NCBI GenBank assembly: GCA_965227775.1
Contig: OZ245777.1
Coordinates: 1,792,001-1,856,000 of the forward strand
Length of the DNA: 64,000 bases
From: Phycisphaerales bacterium
Lineage (GTDB): Bacteria > Planctomycetota > Phycisphaerae > Phycisphaerales > UBA1924
Direction of reading: 5' to 3'
Under the pieces are notes generated by a model. That model made no database searches. It was not told where the DNA came from and worked only from the letters and a program-made list of their open reading frames with translations. A program made the translations under genes and the position numbers. This document shows positions 37,923-48,446 of this stretch, piece by piece. The first letter of the stretch is position 1. Each line of letters starts with the position of its first letter.

Positions 37923-39188
37923 ATGGCCATCTCGTTCGACATCAAGCAGCGCAGTATCAGCACTGCTGGTCGCGTGGGCATCGTGACCACGCCCCATGGG
38001 CCATTCCACACGCCCGCGTTCATGACCGTCGGCACGCGCGCAACGGTACGCGGTGTGACGAATGAGCAACTCCGCCAGGTCGGTGCCGAGGTCGTGCTCA
38101 ACAACGCGTACCACCTCTGGCTGCGGCCCGGCCCCGAGCTTATCGATCGCTTCGGCGGCGCGCACCGATTCATGGGCTGGGACGGCCCGATCCTCACCGA
38201 TTCGGGCGGCTACCAGGCCTATTCGATGGCCGACACCAACGCCATCGATGAGGATGGCGTGACGTTCCGGTCGATCGTCGATGGACGGAAGCTCCGCATG
38301 ACGCCCGAGGCGTCGATGGACATCCAGAACAAGATCGGCGCCGACATCATCATGGCGTTCGACGATTGCCCGCCGGCGGTCGACCTGGGCGAGGGCCCGG
38401 TCTCGCAGACGCGACTCAAGCTCCAGGCCGCCCACGAGCGGGATCGCATCAAGGGCAACTACGACCACGCCCAGCGGCTGAAGACCGCCAACGAGCGCAC
38501 CATCCGCTGGCTGCAGCGTTGCAAGACGGCCCACGCCAAGGCAGACGCCCAAGCCCTCTTCGGCATCGTCCAGGGCGGCACCGACGAAGACGCCCGCCGG
38601 TGGTCGGCCGAGCACGTGACCAACGTCGACCTGCCCGGGTATGCCATCGGCGGCGTGAGTGTCGGGGAAACCAGCGAGGACATCGCCCGCATCGTCCGCT
38701 TCACCTCGCCGCTGCTTCCCGAGGCCAAGCCGAGGTACCTCATGGGCGTGGGATACCCCAGGGACATCGTCGCCGCCGTGTGCGCGGGGGTGGATATGTT
38801 CGACTGCGTGCTGCCGGGCCGCAACGGGCGCAACGCCAACGCGTTCGTGGCGCAAGGCCAGATCCGGCTGCGAAACGCCAGGTTTGCTGAGGATCCCGAG
38901 GCTCTTGAGCCCGGCTGCGACTGCCCGGCCTGCTGCCCGGCCGAGGGCCAGCCAGCCAGCCGTGCATATATCAGGCATTTGTTCATGTCGCAGGAAATGC
39001 TGGGCCCGATCCTGGTGTCGCTGCACAACCTGCGTTTCTACCAGCGGTTGATGGCCGACCTGCGGGCCACGATCGCGTCCGACGACTGGACCGGCTTCGC
39101 GGATCGGTGGCCCTCCGCGGCGGCGGGCATCCCGCAGGCCGCTTACCATGCCCCCCGCGTCGGCCCGTCCGGCGACGGTGAGGTTTGA
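37923..39188 (+). CDS. tgt: tRNA-guanine transglycosylase
   Basis: Motifs TPAFM.VGT, TDSGGYQ, FGIVQGG, RYLMGVG, DMFDCV, CDCPAC and HNL. Confidence 0.95.
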   Translation: MAISFDIKQRSISTAGRVGIVTTPHGPFHTPAFMTVGTRATVRGVTNEQLRQVGAEVVLNNAYHLWLRPGPELIDRFGGAHRFMGWDGPILTDSGGYQAYSMADTNAIDEDGVTFRSIVDGRKLRMTPEASMDIQNKIGADIIMAFDDCPPAVDLGEGPVSQTRLKLQAAHERDRIKGNYDHAQRLKTANERTIRWLQRCKTAHAKADAQALFGIVQGGTDEDARRWSAEHVTNVDLPGYAIGGVSVGETSEDIARIVRFTSPLLPEAKPRYLMGVGYPRDIVAAVCAGVDMFDCVLPGRNGRNANAFVAQGQIRLRNARFAEDPEALEPGCDCPACCPAEGQPASRAYIRHLFMSQEMLGPILVSLHNLRFYQRLMADLRATIASDDWTGFADRWPSAAAGIPQAAYHAPRVGPSGDGEV

Positions 39189-39236
39189 TCCGCCCGGTTC
39201 TCTGCCGGGCCCAGCAACGAACAGGACCGCGCGACC

Positions 39237-39788
39237 GTGGAAGGCTTGCTCCCGCCGAATTCTCTTTCCGTGACCGATCTCACGAGCTTCTCAAAGATCC
39301 TCGCCTACCAGGAAGCGTCGCCGTTGGCCGGCGAGACGCCGGCCGGTGGCGGTGCGACAACTGGCCAAGGCGCCGGGGGAGCGCAGGGCGGCGCAACCCT
39401 GCCGGCGCAGCCCGCCGGCGGTGGCGGGCCTTCGGGCTTCGACCCCATCATGATCCTCATGCTGGGCATGGGCGTGTTCCTGGTGGTGATGATCTTCACC
39501 AGCGGTCGCCGGCAGAAGCGTGAGCAGCGCGAGCGGCAGAGCATGCTCGACGCGCTCAAGCGCAACGACAAGGTCCAGACCATCGGCGGCATCATCGGCG
39601 TGGTCGCTGAGGTGCGCACCGACGAGGTTGTCCTGAAGGTCGACGATGCCGGACAGAATCGCGTGCGATTCGCTCGCAGCGCTATCCAGCAGGTCATCTC
39701 GTCGCGTGGTGGTTCCAGCGACACCGGTTCCACCGACGCCAATTCTGAGATCGACGCCGAAAACGAGCCGCAGACTTCCAACCCCTGA
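39237..39788 (+). CDS. yajC: Preprotein translocase subunit YajC
   Basis: TM helix followed by LKRNDKVQTIGGIIG and FARSAI; tgt-yajC-secDF synteny. Start uncertain. Confidence 0.9.
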   Translation: MEGLLPPNSLSVTDLTSFSKILAYQEASPLAGETPAGGGATTGQGAGGAQGGATLPAQPAGGGGPSGFDPIMILMLGMGVFLVVMIFTSGRRQKREQRERQSMLDALKRNDKVQTIGGIIGVVAEVRTDEVVLKVDDAGQNRVRFARSAIQQVISSRGGSSDTGSTDANSEIDAENEPQTSNP

Positions 39789-39854
39789 CCAAAGCAAGAC
39801 CGGCCGCGCCCGTCTGCCGGGCGAGCGAGCACGATCGACGAGGAATCGCGACAC

Positions 39855-42800
39855 ATGATGCGTAACCGATTGGGATGGGGCCTGCTGGCGATGGCGATGC
39901 TCGCCTTCGCGATCTGGGGCTTCATGCCCCCCAAAGAGAAGCTGCGTCTGGGCAAGGACCTCGCCGGTGGCGTGACGCTGACCTATGCCGTGCAGATCGA
40001 GCCCGGCCAGAACGCCCAAGAGATCCTTAACCAGCTTGCGACGGTGCTGGGCGAGCGCATCGATCCCGGCAACCAGATGGACATCAGCATCGTGCCGGTC
40101 GGCCGAGATCGGCTCGAGATCACGATGCCGCTGCCCACGGAGCGCGTGAAGCAGCTTCGCCGCGACTTCGAGGCCGAGCTCCTGCGCATCGAGCAGTACA
40201 CGATCGACCCGGTCCGTTTCGAGCGACTGATGGGTGAGAGTTCGGAGGAGCGAACGGCTTCCATCGAGGAGTTCCGCCAGAGTAGCCCCGAGCTAGCCGA
40301 TCGCCTGGAGGCCGCTGCGCAGGCGTACGACCGCTTGGTCGAGGCAGAGGACATCTACCGCCAGCTGCTGAGCCAGGAGTCGCCCGACGAGGAGACGCTC
40401 GACGAGGCCGAGATCGAGGCCGCGCTGGCATCGCTCGATTACGACGACAAGCGCGCCGAGGCGTTGAAGCTCTCGATCACGCCGGCGGAAGTCCGCCGCG
40501 TGCTCGAGTTCAGCCGCCAGCCGACGCGCAAGATCGATTCGGAAGCGAAGGAAGTCGTCGAGCTGCCCAGCCCGTTCGAGCGAGCCTGGACCTCGCTCAT
40601 GGAGCGCGCCGCCCCGGCCGATGGCCAGGGCCAGAGCTCGCTGCAGGCTGAGCTCGAGCGTGTGCTGGCCGTCTATGAGACATACACCGCAGAGCGCCGC
40701 TCGCTCGATGACCCCCAGGACCTCAAGCGCCTGCTCCGAGGCTCTGGTGAGCTGGACTTCCGAATCACCGTCGAAGCAAACAGCCGCGCCGATGAGACCG
40801 CCCTGCGCGAGGAACTGCGCGAGGTCGGCCCGCGGAACGCGAGCCCCGAAGGCGCCGTGTGGCTGCGGCTTGCCAAGGTCGAGTCGTGGTTCGATACGCT
40901 GGCCCAGGCCGAGTCGCTCGAGGCCAACCCGGTCGCGTTCTTCGCGTCACGCGGCTTCGTGGTCGAGCCCTACGACGGCATGTACTGGATGCTGGCGTGG
41001 GACCAGCTGGGCAACCGCCTCACCAGCGCCGAGGGCGAGTGGCAGGTTTCGCGGGCCTACATGGGCCGGGACGAGATCGGCCGCAACAACATCGTCTTCA
41101 ACATGGACACGCTGGGTGGCCAGCGCCTGGGCGAGCTCACGGGCGAGCACGTGGGCGACAACATGGCCGTCATTCTCGATGACCGAATCATCACCGCGCC
41201 GACCCTGCGTGGCCGCATCTCGACGAGCGGCAGCATCTCGGGCGACTTCTCGCTCGAGGAACTCCGCGACATCATCCAGATCCTCAACGCCGGTGCGCTC
41301 CAGGCCCGCCTGAGCCCCGAGCCAATCAGCGAGAACACCATCGGCCCGAGCCTGGGCCAGGACAACCTGGAGAGCGGTCTGCAAGCCGGCATCTACGCGC
41401 TGATCGCCGTCAGCGTATTCATGGTGCTGTACTACTTTGCCTATGGCGCGATCGCTGTTATCGCCCTGGGCTGCAACGCAGCACTGATCCTGGGTGCCAT
41501 GGCGCTCAACCAATCGGCATTCACCATGCCTGGTATCGCCGGCGTCGTGCTGACCTTTGGTATGGCGGTGGATGCGAACGTGCTGATCTTCGAGCGCGTC
41601 CGCGAAGAGCTGCGAAACGGGCTCGATCTCGCACAGTCGGCCAAGCTGGGCTACCAGCGGGCATTGTCCGCGATTGTTGACGGTAACGTGACGAACCTCA
41701 TCGTCTGTGTCGTGCTCGTGGGTGTTGGCACGCAGGAAGTCAAGGGCTTCGCGATCACCCTGGGCGTTGGCGTCGTCTGCACCATGATCTCGGCGCTAAT
41801 CATCAGCCGCCTTCTGCTCTCGGTGCTGGTTGACGACTTCAACCTGAAGGCCATGGGCAAGTCGGCAACGTCTATGCTTCCGACGGCCCTGCCGATCATC
41901 GACCGCGTGCTCGAGCCCAAGATCAACTGGATCAGCGGCCGCTACGTGTTCTGGTCGATCTCGGTGCTGGCTGTGTGCACGAGCGTGGCCCTGATCATCA
42001 ACCAGCGCGACCGCATGCTCGATACCGAATTCGTCGGCGGCACCCAGGTCGTGCTGCGATTCGGCGAAGACCCAGCCGGCCAGCCGTTCATGCTGACCAG
42101 GCAGGACGTGGCCGATCGCGTCGTCGGAGTTGCCGAAACCGCTCCCGACGGCAGCCAGCTCAAGCTTCTGGAGCAGGCCGACATCGTACCGCTCGACCCC
42201 GAAGACGACGGTGTCACGAGCGACACGTTCCAGATCAAGACCCTCGCGACAAACTCCGACGAGGTGCAGGACGCCCTGGCCAACGCGTTCCAGGACGTGC
42301 TCGACGTACAGGCCGCGTTGACGTTCGACCAGGCCGACATCTCCGAGGCGCGACTCGCGCCCGTCTACCCGATCACCGGGCCGACACCGCTCGGCTCGCA
42401 CATCGGCAGGCCGCAATACCGCGATGAGATCGACGGCTACGTCGGTGGCGGCGCGATCGTGCTCGAGAACCTCACGCAGGGCCAGACCATCGCCCAGATC
42501 GAGCAGCGGCTCGACCTGCTGCGCGGCCAGGCCGACTTCTCCTCGACGCTCGGCCGCCCCCGCGAGCTGCGCGTGCTGGAGCGGTACGAAGACGAGACCG
42601 TGCGTTCCGCCGTCTTGCTGACCATCGACCCAATGACCAGCTACTTCAGCGATCGCGATCGCTGGTGGCAGGACGTGGGGCAGCTCGAGTGGCAGCTCGT
42701 CCGCGAGGCGCTGACGACCTCGACCACGCTGGCCAGCGTCAGCAACTTCAGTCCGGCGATCGCCGAAGAGTTCCGTGGCCGCGCCGTATTTGCGGTGGTC

Positions 42801-43424
42801 ATCAGCTTCGTGCTCATCACGATCTACATCTGGGTGCGTTTCGGCTCGGTCCGCTACTCGTTCGTCGCGCTGACGGCGCTCGCGCACGACGTGCTGCTCG
42901 CCCTCGGCATGATCGCGCTCGCCGAGCTGGTTTATGAGTTCCCCACCGGGGCGCGCGTGGCCAGCTTCTTCAGCGTGCTGCCGTTCCGCATCGACCTGAA
43001 CACGGTTGCCGCCCTGCTGACGATCATCGGCTACTCGCTGAACGACACGATCATCATCATGGACCGCATCCGCGAGAATCGCGGCAAGCTGCCCTACGCG
43101 AATCGGCGGGTCGTGAACCTCTCGATCAACCAGACGCTCAGCCGAACGGTGATTACCTCGGGCACGACCCTCTTCGCCGTGACGGTGCTCTACTTCGCCG
43201 GTGGCGAGGGTCTGCGACCGTTCGCGTACGTGCTGCTGGTTGGCATGGTCGTGGGTACGTACTCGTCGGTGGCCGTCGCCGCACCGCTGGTGTGGTCGCG
43301 GAAGGCCGACCCCTCGAGCAAGTCTGCCGATGGTGGCGATGGTTCGGGCAGCGAAAACCCGTTCTCGGGCCCCCAGCCGGGCTCGACGACAGCCCAGAGC
43401 CCGGACAAGCCGATGACTGACTAG
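39855..43424 (+). CDS. secDF: Fused protein translocase subunit SecDF
   Basis: Motifs LGKDLAGG, IGPSLG, GMAVDANVLIFER, EFVGG and GYSLNDTIII.DRIRE. Confidence 0.95.
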   Translation: MMRNRLGWGLLAMAMLAFAIWGFMPPKEKLRLGKDLAGGVTLTYAVQIEPGQNAQEILNQLATVLGERIDPGNQMDISIVPVGRDRLEITMPLPTERVKQLRRDFEAELLRIEQYTIDPVRFERLMGESSEERTASIEEFRQSSPELADRLEAAAQAYDRLVEAEDIYRQLLSQESPDEETLDEAEIEAALASLDYDDKRAEALKLSITPAEVRRVLEFSRQPTRKIDSEAKEVVELPSPFERAWTSLMERAAPADGQGQSSLQAELERVLAVYETYTAERRSLDDPQDLKRLLRGSGELDFRITVEANSRADETALREELREVGPRNASPEGAVWLRLAKVESWFDTLAQAESLEANPVAFFASRGFVVEPYDGMYWMLAWDQLGNRLTSAEGEWQVSRAYMGRDEIGRNNIVFNMDTLGGQRLGELTGEHVGDNMAVILDDRIITAPTLRGRISTSGSISGDFSLEELRDIIQILNAGALQARLSPEPISENTIGPSLGQDNLESGLQAGIYALIAVSVFMVLYYFAYGAIAVIALGCNAALILGAMALNQSAFTMPGIAGVVLTFGMAVDANVLIFERVREELRNGLDLAQSAKLGYQRALSAIVDGNVTNLIVCVVLVGVGTQEVKGFAITLGVGVVCTMISALIISRLLLSVLVDDFNLKAMGKSATSMLPTALPIIDRVLEPKINWISGRYVFWSISVLAVCTSVALIINQRDRMLDTEFVGGTQVVLRFGEDPAGQPFMLTRQDVADRVVGVAETAPDGSQLKLLEQADIVPLDPEDDGVTSDTFQIKTLATNSDEVQDALANAFQDVLDVQAALTFDQADISEARLAPVYPITGPTPLGSHIGRPQYRDEIDGYVGGGAIVLENLTQGQTIAQIEQRLDLLRGQADFSSTLGRPRELRVLERYEDETVRSAVLLTIDPMTSYFSDRDRWWQDVGQLEWQLVREALTTSTTLASVSNFSPAIAEEFRGRAVFAVVISFVLITIYIWVRFGSVRYSFVALTALAHDVLLALGMIALAELVYEFPTGARVASFFSVLPFRIDLNTVAALLTIIGYSLNDTIIIMDRIRENRGKLPYANRRVVNLSINQTLSRTVITSGTTLFAVTVLYFAGGEGLRPFAYVLLVGMVVGTYSSVAVAAPLVWSRKADPSSKSADGGDGSGSENPFSGPQPGSTTAQSPDKPMTD

Positions 43425-44153
43425 ATGGCCGAAGGCACCGGCTCCAACCAGGGCACGTTCCGGCAGACCGCCATCGGCCTGTTGGCATTGGCCGGTCTTT
43501 GGAACGCCGTGTACTGGCTCTGGCCTGTGCACCGCGAAGCGCCGGTGGTCATGGCGAGCACCGCCGATGAGCCGCAAGAGCCCGACCTGGCGGGTAGTGA
43601 TGCTGATGAGCCGCCAGCGCTCGTCGATGCGGCCCCGATCGAGCCCGAGTTGCCAGAAGTCATCGCCGACCCAGCGCCCGGCATCATCGACCCCATCGTG
43701 CACGATGGGGGCGGGCTCGGCGTGCTTCCTCCGCTGTTCGAGTTGTACACGACCAAGCCAAGCGATCGCAACCTGGGCGACATCGCGAGCCGCTTCTACG
43801 GAGACAAGTCCAAGGCACCCATCATCGCACAGGCCAATCCATACAAGGATCCACGCCGCCTCACAGCGGGGCAGGTCTGGCGTATCCCGGTCGACCCGGA
43901 CAACATCCAGGGCGTAGTGGTGGATGCCGACGGCAACCCGGCAGATCCGCCACCAGCCGAGCCGCCGCCCACCGACTACACCGAGTACGTCGTGCAGGGT
44001 GGCGACACGCTTGGCGGCATCTCTCGCATGCACTACCAGACAACGCGGCACGCCCAGTTCATCTACGCGTTCAACCGTGAGCGGCTGGGGCTCACGTCGA
44101 TCCGGGGCATCCGTCCTGGCCAGGTGCTGCACATCCCCAAAGAGCCGCAATAG
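43425..44153 (+). CDS. Membrane-anchored LysM peptidoglycan-binding protein (two LysM domains)
   Basis: LGDIASRFYG...IAQAN, and YVVQGGDTLGGIS...IRPGQVLHIP. Confidence 0.85.
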   Translation: MAEGTGSNQGTFRQTAIGLLALAGLWNAVYWLWPVHREAPVVMASTADEPQEPDLAGSDADEPPALVDAAPIEPELPEVIADPAPGIIDPIVHDGGGLGVLPPLFELYTTKPSDRNLGDIASRFYGDKSKAPIIAQANPYKDPRRLTAGQVWRIPVDPDNIQGVVVDADGNPADPPPAEPPPTDYTEYVVQGGDTLGGISRMHYQTTRHAQFIYAFNRERLGLTSIRGIRPGQVLHIPKEPQ

Positions 44154-44190
44154 CCCGAATCAGCAGTGGTGCCGACCTACCCTTGGCCTC

Positions 44191-45222
44191 ATGAGCGAGC
44201 CAACCTCATACATCGTGACCGGCGGCGCCGGCTTCGTCGGCTCGAACTGCTGCGCGGCGATCTCCAAGATCCGACCCGACGCACACGTCATTTGCATCGA
44301 CGACTTCCGCGTGGGTTCGTTCCACAACCTCATCGAGGCCTATGAGCGGCACGACCTCGGGGCAGTCTCGTGCGAGGTGATCGCCCAGGACTGGACGTAC
44401 CTGCACACGCTGTTGGGTAACAGGCCGGTCGGCATCGTGCACATGGCCGCCATTACCGATACCACGGTCGAAGACCAGGCTCAGATGCTCGACGAAAACG
44501 CCGGCCCGGCGTGGGACGGGCTGCTCGAGTCGGTCCTTGATACGGGCCACCGGCTGGTGTACGCCAGCAGCGCCGCGACGTACGGCACGCCGCCCCAGGC
44601 AGCCGAGCACGTTGCCTTCCCGCTTCAGGCCGCCGGCAAGCCCGACAACATCTACGGCTTCAGCAAGTGGGTGATGGAGAACACACACCGACGTGTGCAG
44701 GCGCGCGATTCGCACGCCCATATCGTCGGCCTGCGGTTCTTCAATGTGTTCGGCCCTGGCGAATCGAGCAAGGGCCCGATGGCATCGATGGCGTACAAAC
44801 TCGCCCGGCAGATGCTCGCCGGCACGGCGCCGCGGCTGTTCACTCCCGGCGACCAGGCGCGAGACCAGGTCTACGTGGATGACGTCGTCGACTGCGTGCT
44901 CGCGGGCCTCGGTCTTGGCGATTACAAGAGTCCCACGCCGGGTGTGTACAACCTGGGCAGCGGTAAGCCCACGACGTTCAATGATCTGGCCGATGCTGTC
45001 CGCCGCGGGCTTGGCTTGGGCGATACCGAGCTGGCGACCGAGTACTTCGAGATGCCCGAGAGCGTGCGCAGGTTTTATCAGGACTTCACGCTGGCCGACA
45101 TGAGCGAGACGCGGCGCGGCCTGGGCTTCTCGCCTCAGCACGAGCCCGTCCGAACGATCGAGGCCTATGCGGCGTACCTGAAGCAACGCCAGACGCACTC
45201 GCACGCGGGAGCAAGCGCTTGA
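44191..45222 (+). CDS. hldD: NAD-dependent epimerase, ADP-L-glycero-D-manno-heptose 6-epimerase-like
   Basis: Motifs [25 protein letters not shown] and [18 protein letters not shown]. Confidence 0.75.
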   Translation: MSEPTSYIVTGGAGFVGSNCCAAISKIRPDAHVICIDDFRVGSFHNLIEAYERHDLGAVSCEVIAQDWTYLHTLLGNRPVGIVHMAAITDTTVEDQAQMLDENAGPAWDGLLESVLDTGHRLVYASSAATYGTPPQAAEHVAFPLQAAGKPDNIYGFSKWVMENTHRRVQARDSHAHIVGLRFFNVFGPGESSKGPMASMAYKLARQMLAGTAPRLFTPGDQARDQVYVDDVVDCVLAGLGLGDYKSPTPGVYNLGSGKPTTFNDLADAVRRGLGLGDTELATEYFEMPESVRRFYQDFTLADMSETRRGLGFSPQHEPVRTIEAYAAYLKQRQTHSHAGASA

Positions 45223-46190
45223 GCATTCGTCGCATCCTCGTCACCGGCGGTGCCGGCTTCGTTGGCTCGCACCTGTGCGAGCGCCTCGTGAACGAGGGCC
45301 AAGATGTCATCTGCGTCGATAACTTCTTTACCAGCCAGAAGAGCACGATCGCCCATCTGCTGGATAGACCGAACTTCGAGCTGATCCGCCACGACGTCAC
45401 ACACCCGCTGTGGCTCGAGGTCGACGAGATCTATAACCTCGCCTGCCCGGCCGCGCCGGGCCATTATCAGTACAACCCCATCAAGACCATGAAGACCAGC
45501 GTGCTCGGAGCCATCCACTTGCTCGGCATGGCCAAGCGCTGCAACGCGACCGTGCTCCAGGCATCGACGAGCGAGGTCTACGGCGACCCCGAGGTGCACC
45601 CGCAGCCTGAGAGCTACCGCGGCGCGGTGAACCCGATTGGCCCGCGGGCGTGTTACGACGAGGGCAAGCGCGCCGCCGAGACGCTGTTCTTTGATTACCA
45701 CCGCCACAACGGCGTGAAGATCAAGGTCGTCCGCATCTTCAACACCTACGGCCCACGCATGCACCCGCACGATGGCCGCGTGGTCTCCAACTTCATCCGC
45801 CAGGCGCTCCAGGGCGAAGACCTCACCATTTACGGCGATGGAAGCCAGACCCGCAGCTTCCAGTATGTCGATGATCTGGTCGAGGGCATCTATCGCATGA
45901 TGCACGGGCCCGACGACTTCCCAGGCCCGGTCAACATCGGCAACCCCGGCGAGTTCACCATCATCCAGCTCGCGGAGATGGTCATCGAGATCAGCGGTTC
46001 GAGTTCAAAGATCGTGCACCGCGACGCCGTTGCCGACGATCCCAAGCAACGACAGCCCGACATCGCGCTCGCCAAGCAGAAGCTCGACTGGCGGCCGAGC
46101 GTCGCACTCCGCGAAGGTCTCGAGAAGACGATCGAGTACTTCCGCTCGATCGACATCGATGGCTTCCGGGCGCCGACGCCGAATTACTAG
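45219..46190 (+). CDS. UDP-glucuronic acid decarboxylase (UDP-xylose synthase family)
   Basis: Motifs [39 protein letters not shown] and DDPKQR.PDI. Confidence 0.92.
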   Translation: MSIRRILVTGGAGFVGSHLCERLVNEGQDVICVDNFFTSQKSTIAHLLDRPNFELIRHDVTHPLWLEVDEIYNLACPAAPGHYQYNPIKTMKTSVLGAIHLLGMAKRCNATVLQASTSEVYGDPEVHPQPESYRGAVNPIGPRACYDEGKRAAETLFFDYHRHNGVKIKVVRIFNTYGPRMHPHDGRVVSNFIRQALQGEDLTIYGDGSQTRSFQYVDDLVEGIYRMMHGPDDFPGPVNIGNPGEFTIIQLAEMVIEISGSSSKIVHRDAVADDPKQRQPDIALAKQKLDWRPSVALREGLEKTIEYFRSIDIDGFRAPTPNY

Positions 46191-46204
46191 GCCGGGGTGG
46201 TGGA

Positions 46205-46606
46205 TTGCCTTTCCCAGTCCCTAGAGATGAAGTCGGCCACACCGAAGACAAACTCGGGTTGGTCTTTCCGCCGCGATTTGTCGCTCGAATGATGCGCGAT
46301 AACGGTGGAACTGTTCAAGCAGATGGAGATTCATGGGAGCTGCATCCGTTTCGCAACGCCGCGGACCGCAAGATGTTGGCCAGGACAGCAAGTCACATCG
46401 CTCGCGAGACCTTCCAATGCCGCGAGTGGCCGGAGTTTCCGCAGGATGGCGTGGCAATTGCGAGCAACGGCACCGGAGACGTACTGATCTTGCTGCCGTC
46501 TGAAAGCAACCCAGCATCACTCGGTGAGACGGTCTATCTGTGGGAACATGACGCGGGGCGGGTCAGGATCATCTCTGAGTCGATCGAAAAAATTGCGGCG
46601 GATTAG
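46205..46606 (+). CDS. SMI1/KNR4 (SUKH) family protein
   Basis: E.KLG..FP..F......NGG, IASNGTGD and VYLWEH pattern. Confidence 0.8.
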   Translation: MPFPVPRDEVGHTEDKLGLVFPPRFVARMMRDNGGTVQADGDSWELHPFRNAADRKMLARTASHIARETFQCREWPEFPQDGVAIASNGTGDVLILLPSESNPASLGETVYLWEHDAGRVRIISESIEKIAAD

Positions 46607-47349
46607 CTGCCCATCCGCCACAGCAACTCCGGCAGCACGATCCCGCTCGGCCCGCGCAGAGCGTGGGTCACCGAACTGGTCATGGGCGTCGCGTCTGGGT
46701 TGATCTCCACCGTCGGCACACCACGCGAGATCGCCAGGTCGATGTATCCTGCTGCGGGATAGACCACCGCGCTGGTGCCGATGGTCAGGAACACATCGCA
46801 TGACATCACCGCACGTTCGGCCGCTTCGATTGCTTCCGTTGGCAGCATCTCGCCGAACAGCACGATATCGGGCCGCAGCACGCCGCCGGCTTCGGATCTT
46901 GGCGGAAAGGCCGAGAAATCGACCTCCGAGATCGGGCGCAGCGTCCCGGTCTCTTGGCAACGCCAGCGGAGGATCGAGCCGTGTAGTTCGATGACGTCCC
47001 GCGCACCGCCGGCCTGGTGCAACCCATCGATGTTCTGGGTAATCACATCGAGGCCGCCGCCCCTATCGAGTTTCGCCGCTTGCAGCTGCGCGAGCGCCTC
47101 GTGTCCGGCGTTCGGCTTCGCATCGGCGCACTTCGAGAACCGCCAGTGGTACCACTGGGTCACCATCTCTGGGTCGCGTTCCAGGGCGCCCACGCTTGCA
47201 AGTTCCATCGGGTCGTATCGTGCCCACAGCCCCGTCTGGGGCTGGCGGAATGTCTCGATGCCGCTCTCGGCCGACACGCCCGCTCCGGTGAGCACCGCAA
47301 CGCGCGTCGCATCGGCAAGCAGTGTTGCGACGTCGTCCAGCCGGGCCAA
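46603..47349 (-). CDS. cobB: NAD-dependent protein deacylase (class III sirtuin)
   Basis: Motifs TGAGVSAESGIETFR, Y..R (WYHWR), TQNIDGLH, ELHG, RPDIVLFGE and GTSAVVYPAA. Confidence 0.9.
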   Translation of the reverse strand: MARLDDVATLLADATRVAVLTGAGVSAESGIETFRQPQTGLWARYDPMELASVGALERDPEMVTQWYHWRFSKCADAKPNAGHEALAQLQAAKLDRGGGLDVITQNIDGLHQAGGARDVIELHGSILRWRCQETGTLRPISEVDFSAFPPRSEAGGVLRPDIVLFGEMLPTEAIEAAERAVMSCDVFLTIGTSAVVYPAAGYIDLAISRGVPTVEINPDATPMTSSVTHALRGPSGIVLPELLWRMGS

Positions 47350-47384
47350 TGCATCATCCGTTGCCAGGCAGCGACCATAGAAGG

Positions 47385-47421
47385 AAAGCCCCGGCCTGAA
47401 CGAATCCAGCCCGGGGCTTTT
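47385..47421 (-). terminator. Intrinsic terminator downstream of the PEP-CTERM gene, possibly bidirectional
   Basis: AAAGCCCCGG...CCGGGGCTTT inverted repeat with A/T flanks. Confidence 0.75.
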
Positions 47422-47466
47422 GGTGGGTTTGTTGAGCCTTCCGAGGAGCGGGGTCGCTCGAAGGGC

Positions 47467-48273
47467 TTAGCGGCGGCGGCGGGCAGCCGCGAGGCCACCG
47501 AGGCCGAGCAGCGCGAGCGACGCCGGAGCCGGAACCGGAACAACCGTCACGGTCAGGTCGTCGCTGATGTCCAGCCAGCGGCCCTCGGTCTGCGTGAAGT
47601 TGTCCACGCCACGACCCGAGATGATCAGCGAGTCACCCTCGCTCAGCATCACGCTGGAGAGGTCCACCATCGAAGTGGCGGTGTCGCCAACGCTCACACC
47701 CGTGGTAGGCTTGCTGAGCACATCGCTGAAGAGCACGTCGAAATCGCCCGTGGCGGTCTCGCGAGCGATCACGAGCTCAACGTCCACGTCAATGCCGCGG
47801 AAGTCTTCGCCAGACCACAGGACGTCGAATTGGCCGTTGATGTCAACCATCAGCTCGGGCGTGCCCGAGGGGAGCATCCAGCGGACGACCGGAGCCGTCT
47901 CGTACTTCGAGTCCATGAGATTGTGGGTCATCTTGCCCTGGCGGATCGGCGGGTTCGTGTCGTTGCCGTCGGTCCACGCGCCGAAGCCGTGGCCCCACCA
48001 GTTGTTGTCCCAGCTCAGGAGCGTGGTCTCCTGGGTGTACCAGGGGCTATCGCCGCTGAGGCCATCGCCGCCTTGGGCGTACTCGTACTTCCAAACGGCA
48101 ACGCCGTCGAAGCCGGGGCCGGGGTTGAACACGGTGCTTCCGGGGACCGAGCCGGGCACCCAGTCGCTAGCGCGATGCCACGCATCGCCCGTGTCGTACT
48201 GCGCCATCGCCGCCTGCGAGGCCGAGAGAGCCACGCCAGCCGCGAGCATCAGGATCATGTTCGGTGTCTTCAT
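47467..48273 (-). CDS. PEP-CTERM-like surface-sorted protein
   Basis: Signal peptide plus C-terminal VPAPASLALLGLGGLAAARRRR. Confidence 0.85.
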   Translation of the reverse strand: MKTPNMILMLAAGVALSASQAAMAQYDTGDAWHRASDWVPGSVPGSTVFNPGPGFDGVAVWKYEYAQGGDGLSGDSPWYTQETTLLSWDNNWWGHGFGAWTDGNDTNPPIRQGKMTHNLMDSKYETAPVVRWMLPSGTPELMVDINGQFDVLWSGEDFRGIDVDVELVIARETATGDFDVLFSDVLSKPTTGVSVGDTATSMVDLSSVMLSEGDSLIISGRGVDNFTQTEGRWLDISDDLTVTVVPVPAPASLALLGLGGLAAARRRR

Positions 48274-48446
48274 CGTCTTCTCCCGCTCTTCTCTTGTTAG
48301 AGACTCACCTACAACATGCCCCAGAACCGAGACGGAGCCAGCAAAACCAGAAAAAATACTGGATCCCCGCCTTTTCGCCTCGCGAGCCAAGCCACTCGGG
48401 GTCCCCAACGCCGCCTCGAGGTGTCCGGCATGCCGATAATCACCCC

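Noticed and set aside
46205..47349. SMI1 plus sirtuin as an anti-phage Sir2 defence system
   Set aside because: The sirtuin has canonical CobB deacylase motifs and length, is convergent with the SMI1 gene, and lacks defence partner domains.
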